A stretch of 64,000 bases of DNA from the human T2T-CHM13v2.0 reference genome, Homo sapiens: NCBI RefSeq assembly GCF_009914755.1, contig NC_060925.1. One strand, given 5' to 3'. Positions 13,589-25,687 of the stretch are shown here, piece after piece. The position numbers and the translations under genes are program-made. The notes beneath the pieces were generated by a model. The model was not told the origin of the DNA, made no database searches, and saw only the letters and a list, made by a program, of their open reading frames with translations. Position 1 is the first letter of the stretch. Each line of letters opens with the position of its first letter.

Positions 13589-13699
13589 TCATACAGGATG
13601 TGAGGTGAGCATGCCCTGGTCTTTCTCTCTAGGTAAATTAGGAAAAACAAAACAAAAAAAACCTGGCGCATAGTCTCCCCAAAATCTGACCTTTGGTAA

Positions 13700-14168
13700 A
13701 CTACGTTTCTGATGCTGCCTTAACAGATTATCACAAACTTGGTGGCTTCAAGCAGCAGAAATTTATTCTCTCAAAGTTCTAGAGGCCAGCAGTTCAAAAT
13801 CAAGATGTCAGCAGGGCTGAGCTCCTTCTGGAGATTCTAGGGGAGAATTCTTCCTTGCATATTCCAGCTTCTGGTGGCTCCAGGTTCTCTTGGCTTCTGG
13901 CTGCATAATTCCAGTCTCTCCCACTATTGTCACATGGCTTTCTTTTCTCTGTCTGTGTCCTCTCCTGTTCTTATAAATGCAACTGCCATTGGATTTCCCT
14001 GCACCCACCCCACATTCCGGGATGATCTCATCGGAAGATCTTTAAAGTAATCCTATCTTCAAAGACCCTTAGTTCATATAAGGTCACATTCATAGGTTTC
14101 AAGTGGACATGACTTTGGGAGTTGGAAGTGAGGGGGGCCAGGCAGTGTTGCATAACTCAACCCATTAT
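13700..14168 (-). mobile_element. MLT1 (MLT1B/C-like) solo LTR, ERVL-MaLR
   Basis: cacaaacttggtggcttcaagcagcagaaatttattctc...aaggtcacattcatagg matches MLT1 consensus in reverse. Confidence 0.85.
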
Positions 14169-14662
14169 GGGAAATAGAGCTCCTCTCTACAGAAATATGG
14201 TAGAATAGGGAATGAGTTTTTCTGCAAGTTTGGGGCAATCAAACCCTACTGACTGAAGACAGAGTTTACATTTTTCCTTGTCCCCAAACACAATAAATTG
14301 TGGGCATTCAAATGTTCTTACTGGGTCTCCATATCTTTAATACTTCTGCCAGGGGAGAGAAATAAACTGAGTCAAACTAGTATCAACAGAATAATGTAAT
14401 TGTCTGGATATTGTCATTAAGGAATAGAGAGGAGCCAAAAAGTTGCTTACGTTTCTTGCTTGAGAAACACAGTTCACCAAGGCCCGAGTATATTGCAGAA
14501 GGCACATCGTTGTAGGGCTTTGTGTATTAAAGAGCAGAATTTAGGAATGGTATTCATGAACTTACAAATTCATTGAAAAATCAAATTGATTCTACAATTA
14601 AAATAATTTCCATTTAGCTAAATAATTAAAACTTTAATACTGTATACTTACAGCCTTCCTCT

Positions 14663-14876
14663 AAGTGGTTCTCAACTATTGGGTAATTTTACCTCCAGAG
14701 GACGTTTAGCAATGTTTGGAGACACTTTTATTTGCCATGACTGGGTAGGACGTGCTACTGGCATCTGGTAGGTAAAGGTTGAGGGCGCTGCTAAGCATAG
14801 TTCAATGCATGGGCAGCCCCCATATAGAAGAATGATCTGCTGCAATATGTTAGTAGTGCTGAGGTTAAAAAGCCCC
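14663..14876. mobile_element. MER20 (hAT-Charlie) DNA transposon
   Basis: agtggttctcaac...gcaatgtttggagacacttt...gtgctactggcatctggtaggta...gtgctgaggttaaaaagccc. Confidence 0.88.
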
Positions 14877-14962
14877 CATCAAAGCTTTGCTGTGAGACAC
14901 AGATATTTCACATTTGCAGTAGTTAAATCTTGCATTAAACCTCTACTTTCCTCTAGGACAAA

Positions 14963-15075
14963 GTCATTCATTCTTTCTTTTAGTCAGTTACTTAGAAATT
15001 AAATATTTACTGAGTGTTGAATATGGTGCCAGGTGTGATTCCAGGAGCACCAGTGAACAAGAGAGATCAAAATAT
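14963..15075 (-). mobile_element. L2 3' end fragment
   Basis: cattcattc...aaatatttactgagtg...tgccagg. Confidence 0.55.
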
Positions 15076-15999
15076 TGTTGTGGCAGGAACAACATAGTAA
15101 AACATTAAGGAGGTTCAAAAAGCGAATGCATACATGTATGTGTGTATATTAACACATATAGCATATATAAGTATATATATCTCTATATATATGCTAGTGT
15201 ACACTCACATACATATATCCTTGTACACACTTATCTATCTACCTTATTTTCTCTGTGGCTTCTCAGATTAGCTGTTCACATCCCCTTTTTATTACTGCAA
15301 TACATATAGGAGATGAAGTTCCCCTTGTAATGCACCCAGGTGGGTAAAGCTAAATTCCAGGACACTTTGTTTCCAGAAACAAAATAAAGGTTAAGGTAGG
15401 TGCCAGTTTGCAGCATGCTAGCTCTACCCAATTGAGAATGTCTTTTTAAGAGACACTGCTCTGAAACCATTTTAATGGAAGGAACTCTTTAATTTGTAAT
15501 CTGAATATTTTATGAGTTGTGACAAATTAGTCCCAATATATCTTACAAATGAGCATAATACATCAGAATGTCCCAAAGCCATGACTGAGATCTGCTGAGG
15601 TAAAACACAAGATTTCTCAAATTCTTTTGAGTCAAATTTGTAAGTAGCTGAGGTACAGATGTTGCAGCCAACTCTGATCAGCCTGCCTACAGATGTGGGG
15701 CTTTGCTCTGGAGTATCTGGTACTCCTTCTGATGCTACTCTGAGTATTAGAAACAAACAGAACAAGCAAGCAAACAGAAACACCTGGAGAGCTATGTCCC
15801 ATAGAGGTAATTTAATAACATGATTCTCATTCACTGTGTGCATTTCTATGGAAATCTCAATCTTGCAAAATCTAGAGCTAATGATCTCAATTATTTTTTT
15901 TTCCACATCCATTATTAGGCATGGAGTCATGGATGAGTAAAATAGCTTTCCTTGGAATTCACTCTTTTTATATTTTGTTTCCTGCAAAATAAATTTTTA

Positions 16000-16216
16000 T
16001 CTTCCTCCTTCATTTTTCTTCCTACCTTAGCCAGTAAGCTCCATTTCTCTAAACTTCCAAAGATCACCTTGAAGGAAAAAAATATGGAATGTGTCAACAG
16101 GCGTATTGTAAAGGTTAGGTGATTACATGCTATGGTTTACTCAGATACATTATACATGGGTTATCTGCTCGCTAAACTCCCAAGAGGGTGTAGAAAACTG
16201 AATAGGAAATCTTGCA
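16000..16216 (+). repeat. Left arm of ~200 bp inverted duplication
   Basis: Reverse complement aligns to 17240-17455; about 14 differences over the 202 nt core by manual alignment. Confidence 0.95.
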
Positions 16217-17239
16217 GACTTTTTTATTCCTATAAATTTTTCTTTCTGTTTCAATTTGTGATAAAATAATGTGAGAAAACCCTTATTTATTTTTTTTATC
16301 AAGTAGTCAGTGACTCTCAGTAATTCTTAATGACAAATAAAAGAAATTGAGGGAAGGATAAAAATCCACAGATGTAAAGATTATTTGGTTAATAACAATC
16401 TAAATAATTCTTAATTATCTCATAAGCTAAGCTCAAGTGGATATTTTAATGTATTTTATGTTTCATTTGAACTAGTTTGCTTATATATAAGATATTTATA
16501 TGGTAATTTATATACATATAAATCATTGTTGAATTTACAGTTATCCATTTAAATTATGCCACATTAAATAATGTTTACTTATGCTTGTATGCAATTTTTC
16601 CAGTGGTATTATTTTCTGAGGTTGAGTTATCACCATATACAATTTGCAAGAGAGGTGTATACAGATATGCTTAATATGTAAAAATATTTAAGTATACAAA
16701 TAATTACTATGCCTACACTTATCATAGTATAACTTACAAACTGATAAAAAGAAAAAAAATGAAGCAAGTAACTGACAACGTATTTGGCAAACTTTTAAAT
16801 GATAATGTTAGATAAAATATTTCCATGTATATGGAACTCTGTGAAACAATAATTATAAACATATGAGTTTTTTATTATATGAAAAGCCAGCTGGTTATGT
16901 ATACAGTATAAATATAATTTTATATTATAAATATGGAGTCTGGCTTATTTAATAAAAGATCTATTTGTTGTTTATTTCCTTCTTTTTGTTTGACTTTAAT
17001 TTTAACTGAAGCTGTTATTTACAGATTCATCTGCATTACCTTGTGTTTAAATTTTCAATTACTCCATTGTTTTTCACATTGACTGCTATATGTACATGAC
17101 ATCTTGAGTTTTCTACAGTTAGGAAGTGTCTGTAATTATAAGTAAATTTTTTTCTCATTACAAATATAATACACATTCTACTTTATACATTCTTAATGTA
17201 TATGAATGTATATAAGATATATATGAATGTATATAAGAA

Positions 17240-17455
17240 TGGAAGATTTTCTATTCAGTTTTCTACACCCTCTTGGGAGTTAATGAGCAGATAACCCATG
17301 TACAACGGTATCTGAGTAAACCATAGCACGTAATCACCCAACCTTTACAATACGCCTGTTGACACATTGCATATTTTTTTCCTTCAAGGTGATCTTTGGA
17401 AATTTAGAAAAATGAAGCTTACTGGCTAGGTAGGAAGAAAAATAAAAGATGAAGA
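17240..17455 (-). repeat. Right arm of ~200 bp inverted duplication
   Basis: Reverse complement of 16000-16216. Confidence 0.95.
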
Positions 17456-17831
17456 GAAGGAATAGAATACATATTCTATTTTATACTCAGTATAACCTTT
17501 TTCCTTATTGCATAAAAAATGGTTTGCTTTGTATTCTCCCTAATGCAGACCAATATGGTATTTTTTATAACACGTATTTTAAACAAATTATAAAAATCTA
17601 GACATGGCTTCAGTAAAATTACCTCCCGACTAGTTTAGTGTGATCATCATTCAGATATATGATTGACCAGATCATACTGTTTGATAAAGTCATCATGATA
17701 AATAATACACACAAAGACAATTAGTTTTTTTCAGTAACTACAAAAAAGGGAAAAATGTAATGATTAATTTTCAATACAGTATACAGATTGAAATTCAGTT
17801 ATAATTAACTACCAAATAGTGTGTTTCTGTG

Positions 17832-17856
17832 CACACACACACACACACACACACAC
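17832..17856. repeat. (CA)n microsatellite
   Basis: Read directly. Confidence 0.95.
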
Positions 17857-19863
17857 CCGGGTTGCAGGAGAGGGTGGTTAATCAGTAAGAGAATGGAGTT
17901 GGCATGTATTCCTCACAGCAGGAGGAAAAGAAGCAATGGCCCCTTAAATTAAAATTATGTAAACCTAAAAGTAAATTGGAGCCTGTGGGGTTTTGGAATT
18001 TACTTTGAAATAATTCGTTTCTAATACCTTGTCTTCAAAACTGAGTTGGAGAAATTAAAACAGGAAGCTAGTATTATATAATCGTTTTGTCTATCAGAAT
18101 TTGAAACAGGAAATTTCAGATAATTTAATAAACATAAAATGGAATGATAAAAGGAACTCAATTATGAGAACGAACTCTCTCAACCATCAGCAAGGAATAC
18201 CAAGATAATTGAATAATTCCAAAGAGTATGAATGGCAAACTTTAAATAGCAAATCATTTAATGGTACTTCAGAATGATTGAAAAATAAAGAGAAATTGAG
18301 GAGAAGGTTATTTGACTGTTTACAAAACTATAAAGTTAACTTCTGGGAAAGATAATTTACGAGAATGTAAAAATATAGATGTTCTGCTTCAGTGAATATG
18401 AAGAGCAAAAACACAATAAGTAGATAGCTAATGATGGATTTGTTCTGGTCACTGAAGTCACTCTGGTTAATCTCCAACTAAATTGCTCATTTCCATTTTG
18501 CTTTGCTCTGCTTCCTTGCCTACTTCTCTTCACCAAACCTATGTAAAACAACTAATCTTATGATCCCTATGATTTTTATTTGTCCACTTTTGAACTTTTT
18601 CCTATTTATATTTTGCCTGTCAAATTCCATCTACTTATGGAAATATGCTACCTTCTATTTCCATGCATTTTCTCGTGTGTTTCAGCTCTTCCTTAAATAT
18701 GTAAACATTTTATCAAAGGCAACTATGTACATGACATAATTCTATTTTATACTTTTCCCCCTTAAGTTGAAGTATCAGGATATTTCCTTACATAATCCAG
18801 AAATTCTATTCCTTGTCTTTTTTGGGAAAAACACACAGACAAAAAAATCCTAAACTTTTCTCATTTGCACATTCAATGATTGATTAAATTCTATTTTAAT
18901 CAAAAGCCCTTTGAGGGCTTTCACTGTAACACCATGAATTGATTCACAACCAACCTAAGAATAAGAGATCTTTGATATTATAGAGGGATTAGCAGGCACA
19001 CTGAGACACATTGCCCCAGACCAATTAAGAATAGCAGTTACAGCATGCTGACTACCTCTGCCTGCCAGCACCTCAGCCTGCCTAATCCCATAAGATCAGG
19101 GCAATCTGATTGCTTTCAATTCATTGCTCTGACACAGTTGATTAACACATAATTTTGTTCTATTTATCAACCCAAATCTTTGTTCTTCATTGTAAAGCCC
19201 CATATTTAATTATGAGCTAGTTACTTAAAAAGGTGAAGCATACTAAATTATCCACAGGTTTTTTTATGAAGTAGTTGATTAAAATAATTTCAAGCTTATA
19301 TCACTCCCACTGTCTTGTGGACAGCTGAAATTCAATAAACTATCTAATTCTAATTATAAACATCAAAATGCACTTGGCCAACTTTTCTCTAATAGTTTTA
19401 TGTAAATGTCCTCATCTTCAGATTGGCAAGACTGTAGTCATGCACACGTCATTAATCACATTCCAATTATGTAATTGAAATATAATTTTAAGTGATTTTT
19501 CTTCTTTACCTTTATTCCATGACTGGCTTGTTCCCCTTCTTAATGAACAAAAAAATTGATCTAATGTCAACATGAAACTCCATCAGATGCCCAGTGAGCT
19601 TTAGGCTAATAGTACTCTTCTCTCTGTCATCAGTTGACTGTTGCCTTTCCCTTAAGAATCCTTCACATGTCCCCATTGCACTGTGGATACTATCATAGAT
19701 CTTCCTATAGATTTCTTCTTAATTGATGCTCTTCAAGATACTATATGTACTCTAATACTCTTTTCATCTTCTATATCTTATACTCATTATTACTTATTCT
19801 GAATACATTTGTTTTACTTCTTACAGTGTCTTTTGGTAATGTTTATCTGTGATCCAAAGACAG

Positions 19864-19864
<1 letters not shown>

Positions 19865-19912
<48 letters not shown>
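19865..19912. repeat. (TG)~24 microsatellite
   Basis: Read directly. Confidence 0.97.
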
Positions 19913-19913
<1 letters not shown>

Positions 19914-20464
19914 CGTTGGGGGCTGGGGGGAGGTATGGTTCAGTGGCAGATGAATATCATTCACCCATCCATCTTTAATTATATGTATCAAAGTAATTTA
20001 AGCACTTTAGACATTGCTTTTAGTGGAACACTTGAAAGCAGTTATTTTATTTTATTGAAGAAATTTCATTTAATTATTAATTTTTCTAATCCAAATGCTA
20101 CCAAACTAAAGAAATGTTACTGGAGATAAGACTAGTTTTAAATGAAAACTCTCTTGGTAATGAAATAAAGGAGATGATAATATTTACACAAACTGCTTAA
20201 TGTCGTTCCTAATACTGAAAACTCTAGGAACAATTTGATAATAAATTAACCTAACATGTAATTAATAGCAGTGAACCTCTTTGACAGTATTTCCTAAGGC
20301 ACTAAAAAAATCAATATACGTAAAAATGATTATATTGGGAAGGCTACCATTATGTATATCACACTAAATATTATAAGGAAAAACACAGAGGTATTGTTGA
20401 AAGACATACTGGAAATTTATATAAGGCCAAAAGAATGTGATTTTTCAAGAAAAGAAAAAACTTC

Positions 20465-20630
20465 ATTCAAATTCCCACTTTGTTATTTGTCATTCTCAGT
20501 CATTTTATTTTGAGCTTCCTGAATTTCCTCATATGTTAGTTGGAGATAAAAATATCTAAAAAACTGTAACTTCAGTTGTGTGAAAATTAAATGAATTAAG
20601 CTGCATAAAATCCCTTTGGAAAATTAAGAT
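20465..20630 (+). mobile_element. MIR-family SINE fragment
   Basis: ttcaaattccc...tttcctcatatg...gttgtgtgaaaattaaatga resembles MIR core. Confidence 0.55.
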
Positions 20631-20809
20631 GATATGAATATATTAGTTATAATCAAGTTTGTATGTTGATATTTAATGAGTGCTTCCTGCATTCATTTTA
20701 TTTATTTTCCATCACAATTGCATAACAGAATCTATGATATTCCATAATAAAATATTATAAAGACAGAGAAATGTGCGTATATTAGTATAGCAATTCCGGT
20801 TTATTCTCT

Positions 20810-21110
20810 CATGTATCCATCTGTCTTTCCATCCATCTATATACTCATTAATCAAAGCAATCATGAAGTCATCTATGTTTTCATCCAGTTGGTGTTTATT
20901 GAGCACTTACTCTATGCAAAGTTCTGATGACAAAAAACTATGAATATGATTTTCTCTCTACCTTCAAAACTAGTCATGGACCCATTTTTATAGAACAAGG
21001 ATATTATAAGACAATAAATGACCGGTGGAAAGTTTTAGCAGAGGTGTAACAGAGCTATTTTCTGTTTGTTTGTTTTGTTTGTTTTGTTTTTGGAAGCAAG
21101 TAGAGGATGG
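20810..21110 (-). mobile_element. L2 3' fragment
   Basis: tttattgagcacttactctatgcaa; the L2 appears to resume near 21575-21760. Confidence 0.55.
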
Positions 21111-21149
21111 GCTGAGTGAGAGGACAGACACAGCACTCAAAGTTTGGAG

Positions 21150-21572
21150 ACGTTATCAGTAATGAGTCAGTGTAGCATAGAAACTATTCTAGGTATTTTA
21201 ATCAAGAAGGGAATTAGTACAGAAAATAAGGGCTTACAATAACGTTGGAAATTGGCTAATGGGGCTTGTTCTAGGCAAGGCTACCACAAATGATTTCCAA
21301 AATAATAGAACTTTAAGATTGCCTCTAGCCCACATTGTCCTTGATTGACAGCAACACTAACCAACTGCTAAAAGTAAGGGATATTGCCTCTGCCACACTT
21401 TCGCCTTCCTAAGATCATGTGAGTGCATCCAGTTGGCTGATCCCATGGAGATTCCAGACTCCTGGCTTCAAGGAAGTCTAGGAAATGTATTTTCAGCTTT
21501 CTAAATTCTTCAGTCAGATTGAAGAAAAAAGTTGAAATTGAGTTGGGTCAGCCAATCAACCTTCTCAGCACA
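21150..21572. mobile_element. Old MLT1-family LTR inserted in L2
   Basis: agaaactattctaggtatttta...; ggcttcaaggaagtctaggaaatgtattttcagctt. Confidence 0.5.
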
Positions 21573-21837
21573 GAGGACATAGGATGGGTGGGAGATCATG
21601 AGTGCCTGAATTAACCTAACAGTAGTTGAAATGAAGAGGAAGGAATAGATTATTGTAACATTTTTTAGTGAGATACTTCTTGGAATAAAACAGAGGATTC
21701 AGGTAGACTTTGGGTTTCTTATCGGAACATGAAGGCATTAACTGAAATAGAGAATGTATAAAATGGAATCATGGCAGACTGTGAGTTCTCCATTTGCAAA
21801 ACATTTTAATCAGATAAAAGGATAAATCATTGACTTT

Positions 21838-22300
<463 letters not shown>

Positions 22301-22489
22301 TCCATGCCCTTAATTGAGGATGTTTGGTACATTTGTACTGCCGTTAGATTCTGTTGTCACAATCTGCCTTTCTTCCTGAGATATTGTGGCCTCTTACTGA
22401 TTTTTAAAACTTCCATACATTACTAATGGTTCACCCTTTGTGCTATAAACATTATGGGTTTTGACAAATCTATTATGTCATACATCCTC

Positions 22490-22849
22490 TGTTAAAGGGA
22501 AAACTTTTACCGGATTAAGTGTAAAAGAGTTTAATGGAGCAAAGAACGATTCACCAATTGGGCAAGGGTAGGCTCAGAGACTCCAGCACAGCCATGTGGT
22601 GAAAGATTTATGGACAGAAAAAGGAAAGTGATATACAGAAAATGGAAGTGAGGTACAAAAACAGCCAGATTGGTACAGTTTGGCGTTTGCCTTATTTGAA
22701 CATGGTTTGAACAGTTGACTACTTTTGATTGGCCAAAATTTAGTGATTGGCACAAAAGTAGACCTCAGTCTGTATAAAATTCCATTTAAGTTATAGTTCA
22801 TGATGTGCAAAGAAACTTTTAAGCCAAACTTAAAATATGTAAGGAGGCT
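22490..22849 (-). mobile_element. MER57-family ERV1 LTR (slightly truncated)
   Basis: Reverse strand reads cctccttacatattttaagtttggc...aactgttcaaaccatgttcaaataaggcaaacgcc...ttaaca. Confidence 0.8.
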
Positions 22850-23937
22850 CTCCTTACCTATTTGTAATGTAGCTCTTTCAAGCTGGCATCTTTCACTTTG
22901 CAGTATGAATGTAAAGTTCCTCCAAGTCTTTGTGTGACTTACTAACTCCTTTCTTTGTGTCACTGAATAATACATTGCATAGATGCGCTACAGTTTGTTT
23001 AGCCTTTGACTTATTGAAGGATATGTTGGTTGCTTCCAGATTTTGGCAATTATAAACAAAGCTACTGTAAACATTTGCATGCAGGATTTTGTGCTTCAAA
23101 ATTAATTCAATTTATTATTCAATTGAATTATATACCTAGAAGCACAATTGTTGAATTTTATGATAAGACTGTGTTATCTTTGTAAGAAACGTACAAGCAG
23201 TCTTCCAAAGTGGCTGCACCATATTGCATTCTCATCAGCAGTGAATGAGGGTTCCTGATGCTTTTGGTCCTCACTAGCATTTGACAATGTCAGCGTTTTT
23301 TTGAATTCAGAAACTGTTATAGTTTTAATTTGAATTTCTCTGATAACAAATGATGTTAGGTATCCTTTGCCATCTGCACGTCTTTGGTGACGTGTGTGTT
23401 TATATTTTGGCCATTTTAAATTTCGGTTGTTTGTTTTCTTGTTGAGTTTTAAAGTTTCTTCGTATATTCCAAATGCAAGTTCTTTATCAGGTATGTGTTT
23501 TGCAAATACTCTCTCCCCATATCTAGCTTATGATTTTATTCTCTTAACACTGTGTGTAGCAGAGCAGATGTATTTACTTTTAATATAGCCTAATTTATCA
23601 ACTTTTTGTTTCATAAATTATGCATTTGAGGTTACATCTAAAAACTCACCACCAAATCCATGGTCACATTCTCCTAGATTTTCATCTGCAAATATTGTAG
23701 TTTTGCATTTTACTTTTAGGTCTATGATCAACTCTAAGCTCATTTTTTGAAAGGTGTAAAGTCTACGTCTAGATTTTCTTTTCATATTGATATTCAACTG
23801 TTTCTGCACCAATTATTGAAAAGACTATTACCCAATGACTTACCTTTCCTCATTTGTCAAAGAGCAGTTAATTATATTTATGTGAATCTATTCTGATCTC
23901 TCTATTTTAGTATATTTATTTATGCATTTTCCCCGTA
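22850..23937 (-). mobile_element. Old L1M (L1MB/MC-like) ORF2-end fragment
   Basis: ttccaaagtggctgcaccatattgcattctcatcagcagtgaatgagggttcc and other L1 antisense motifs. Confidence 0.85.
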
Positions 23938-23941
23938 GTGC

Positions 23942-24814
23942 TGATAGGGACAGGTGGCAGAGATATTCCAGGCAGAAAAGGGCAGGGTCCTTGGTGAGAG
24001 CTCCCCTCCACTCAAGCCTGGAACTGTGGCCCAGAGTGAGAACTTTACATCCCTGTTTTCCCATTGGAATGTTGCCTTTTCCAAAACCACCCCTCACTTG
24101 CTCTGCCCCCAATTCTGTACCTGTAAAAACCCCAGGCTCCACCAGCAGAGAACAGAGAAGGGGAGAAGAGGAAAAACAGCTGGACGTCGGGGACTGCGGT
24201 TTGACGTCGGAGAGAAGCAGCTTGACTTCAGAGGGACAGCTTGACCGCTTTGCTTTGGAGAGGAGTCTGGCTGGGGATGGCTGGACTCCAGGGGAAGATC
24301 GTCTTCCTGTTCCATCCCTTTTCCAGCTCCCCTCCCACTGAGAGCCACTTTCATTGGCAATAAAATCCTCCATATTCACCACCCTTCAATTCGTTCATGC
24401 GACCTGATTTTTCCTGGATGCCAAACAAGAGCCCAGGTGCCACAGGTGTGGATACTAAAGGCTGTCACACTGACCCTTTGCCCTTGCTGGCAGAGAGCAA
24501 CCACTTCATGCAAAAAGGCAGAGGGCCCACTGAGGTATTTAACACTTAAGCTGTCCGTGGACAGCCAAGCTAAAAGAACACTGTAACACACTCCCTCTGG
24601 GGCTTCTGGGGTCCCTGGTATTCCTGACGAGACACTGTCATGGGGCCTGCAGGGAGTTTTGCTCCTGCCAACACCCAAAAGCACTCTTTCTGGCTCCTGC
24701 ACCCGCTCACCTGCGTGCTTCCCCTTCCCTCAAGGGCTTGAGAGCTGCAGGCTGAGTAAGTAGGCACCCTTGTCACGAGGTCCAAAAAGGGATCAAGGAA
24801 AATTTCCTGTTTCA
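23942..24814 (+). mobile_element. ERV1 solo LTR (LTR27/LTR28/LTR1 group)
   Basis: TG...CA termini (tgatagggacagg...cctgtttca), internal AATAAA near 24359, perfect 4 bp TSD GTGC at 23938-23941 and 24815-24818. Confidence 0.88.
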
Positions 24815-25201
24815 GTGCTTTGGCAAAAACTTGAGTCAATGATACAGAAAAGTTATGAGAGTTGAAATCCTTGTCTAGTTCCCACTCATAATTCACTGAT
24901 TTTTATTTCTGTAGTTTATAATCTGAGGTTAATTCTATCCAATAATATTTTCATTGTAGTAATTGGGTAATTTTTATATTTAGATATTGCTTTTGGTTTC
25001 TTTTTTGTAACGTCCAGTTCTCCATTTTTTTGGTACATATAAATAAATATAATAACTCTTTTAATGTTATTATTTGATAATTTAATCATCTCTGTCAATT
25101 CTATGTTTCTATTGACTATTTCCCCCCCAATCGTAAGTCTAATTTTCTTGTTTGTATGTGCAGTAGTTAAAAAATTCAAATTAAAAATATTGCAAATTTC
25201 T

Positions 25202-25465
25202 GGCCAGGTGTGGTGGCTCATGCTTGTAACCCCAGCATTTTGGGAGGTGGAGGCAGGCAAATCACTTGAGGTCTGGAGTTCTCCAGCCTGGCCAACAAGG
25301 TGAAACCTGTCTCTACTAAAAATACAATTAGCCAGGCATGGTGGTGGGTGCCTATAATCCCAGCTACTCAGGAGTCTGAGGCTTGAGCCCAAGAGGTGGA
25401 GATTGTAGCGAGCCAGGATCGCCCAACTGCACTCCAGCCTGGACAACAGAACAAGGCTCTGTCTC
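25202..25465 (+). mobile_element. Alu (S/J) with small internal deletion
   Basis: ggccaggtgtggtggctcatgc...ctctgtctc; aggagaatcgc segment missing. Confidence 0.92.
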
Positions 25466-25490
25466 ATATACATATATATATATATATCTG

Positions 25491-25533
<43 letters not shown>

Positions 25534-25632
25534 TGTATATATATGTGTGTGTGAGTATATATGTATATATATGTGTGTGTATATATATGTGTATATATAT
25601 GTGTGTATATATATGTGTATATATATGTGTGT

Positions 25633-25687
<55 letters not shown>
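25466..25687. repeat. Complex (TA)/(TG) microsatellite occupying the Alu tail position
   Basis: Read directly; explains ORFs 25383-25696. Confidence 0.97.

Noticed and set aside
6452-13673. ORFs with reverse transcriptase and endonuclease motifs as an active retroelement or host gene
   Set aside because: Short fragments of decayed L1 ORF1/ORF2 broken by many stops and frameshifts
15472-15987. 171 aa minus-strand ORF in non-repeat sequence
   Set aside because: Non-ATG start, no recognisable domain, includes low-complexity translation, no promoter or splice support
16000-17455. Inverted arms as terminal repeats of a DNA transposon
   Set aside because: Outer ends fade without a defined terminus or TSD, there is no transposase remnant, and the direct repeat flanks only the right arm
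23888-25473. ORFs of 88-185 aa
   Set aside because: All lie within the ERV1 LTR, Alu or old L1; no gag/pol/env similarity
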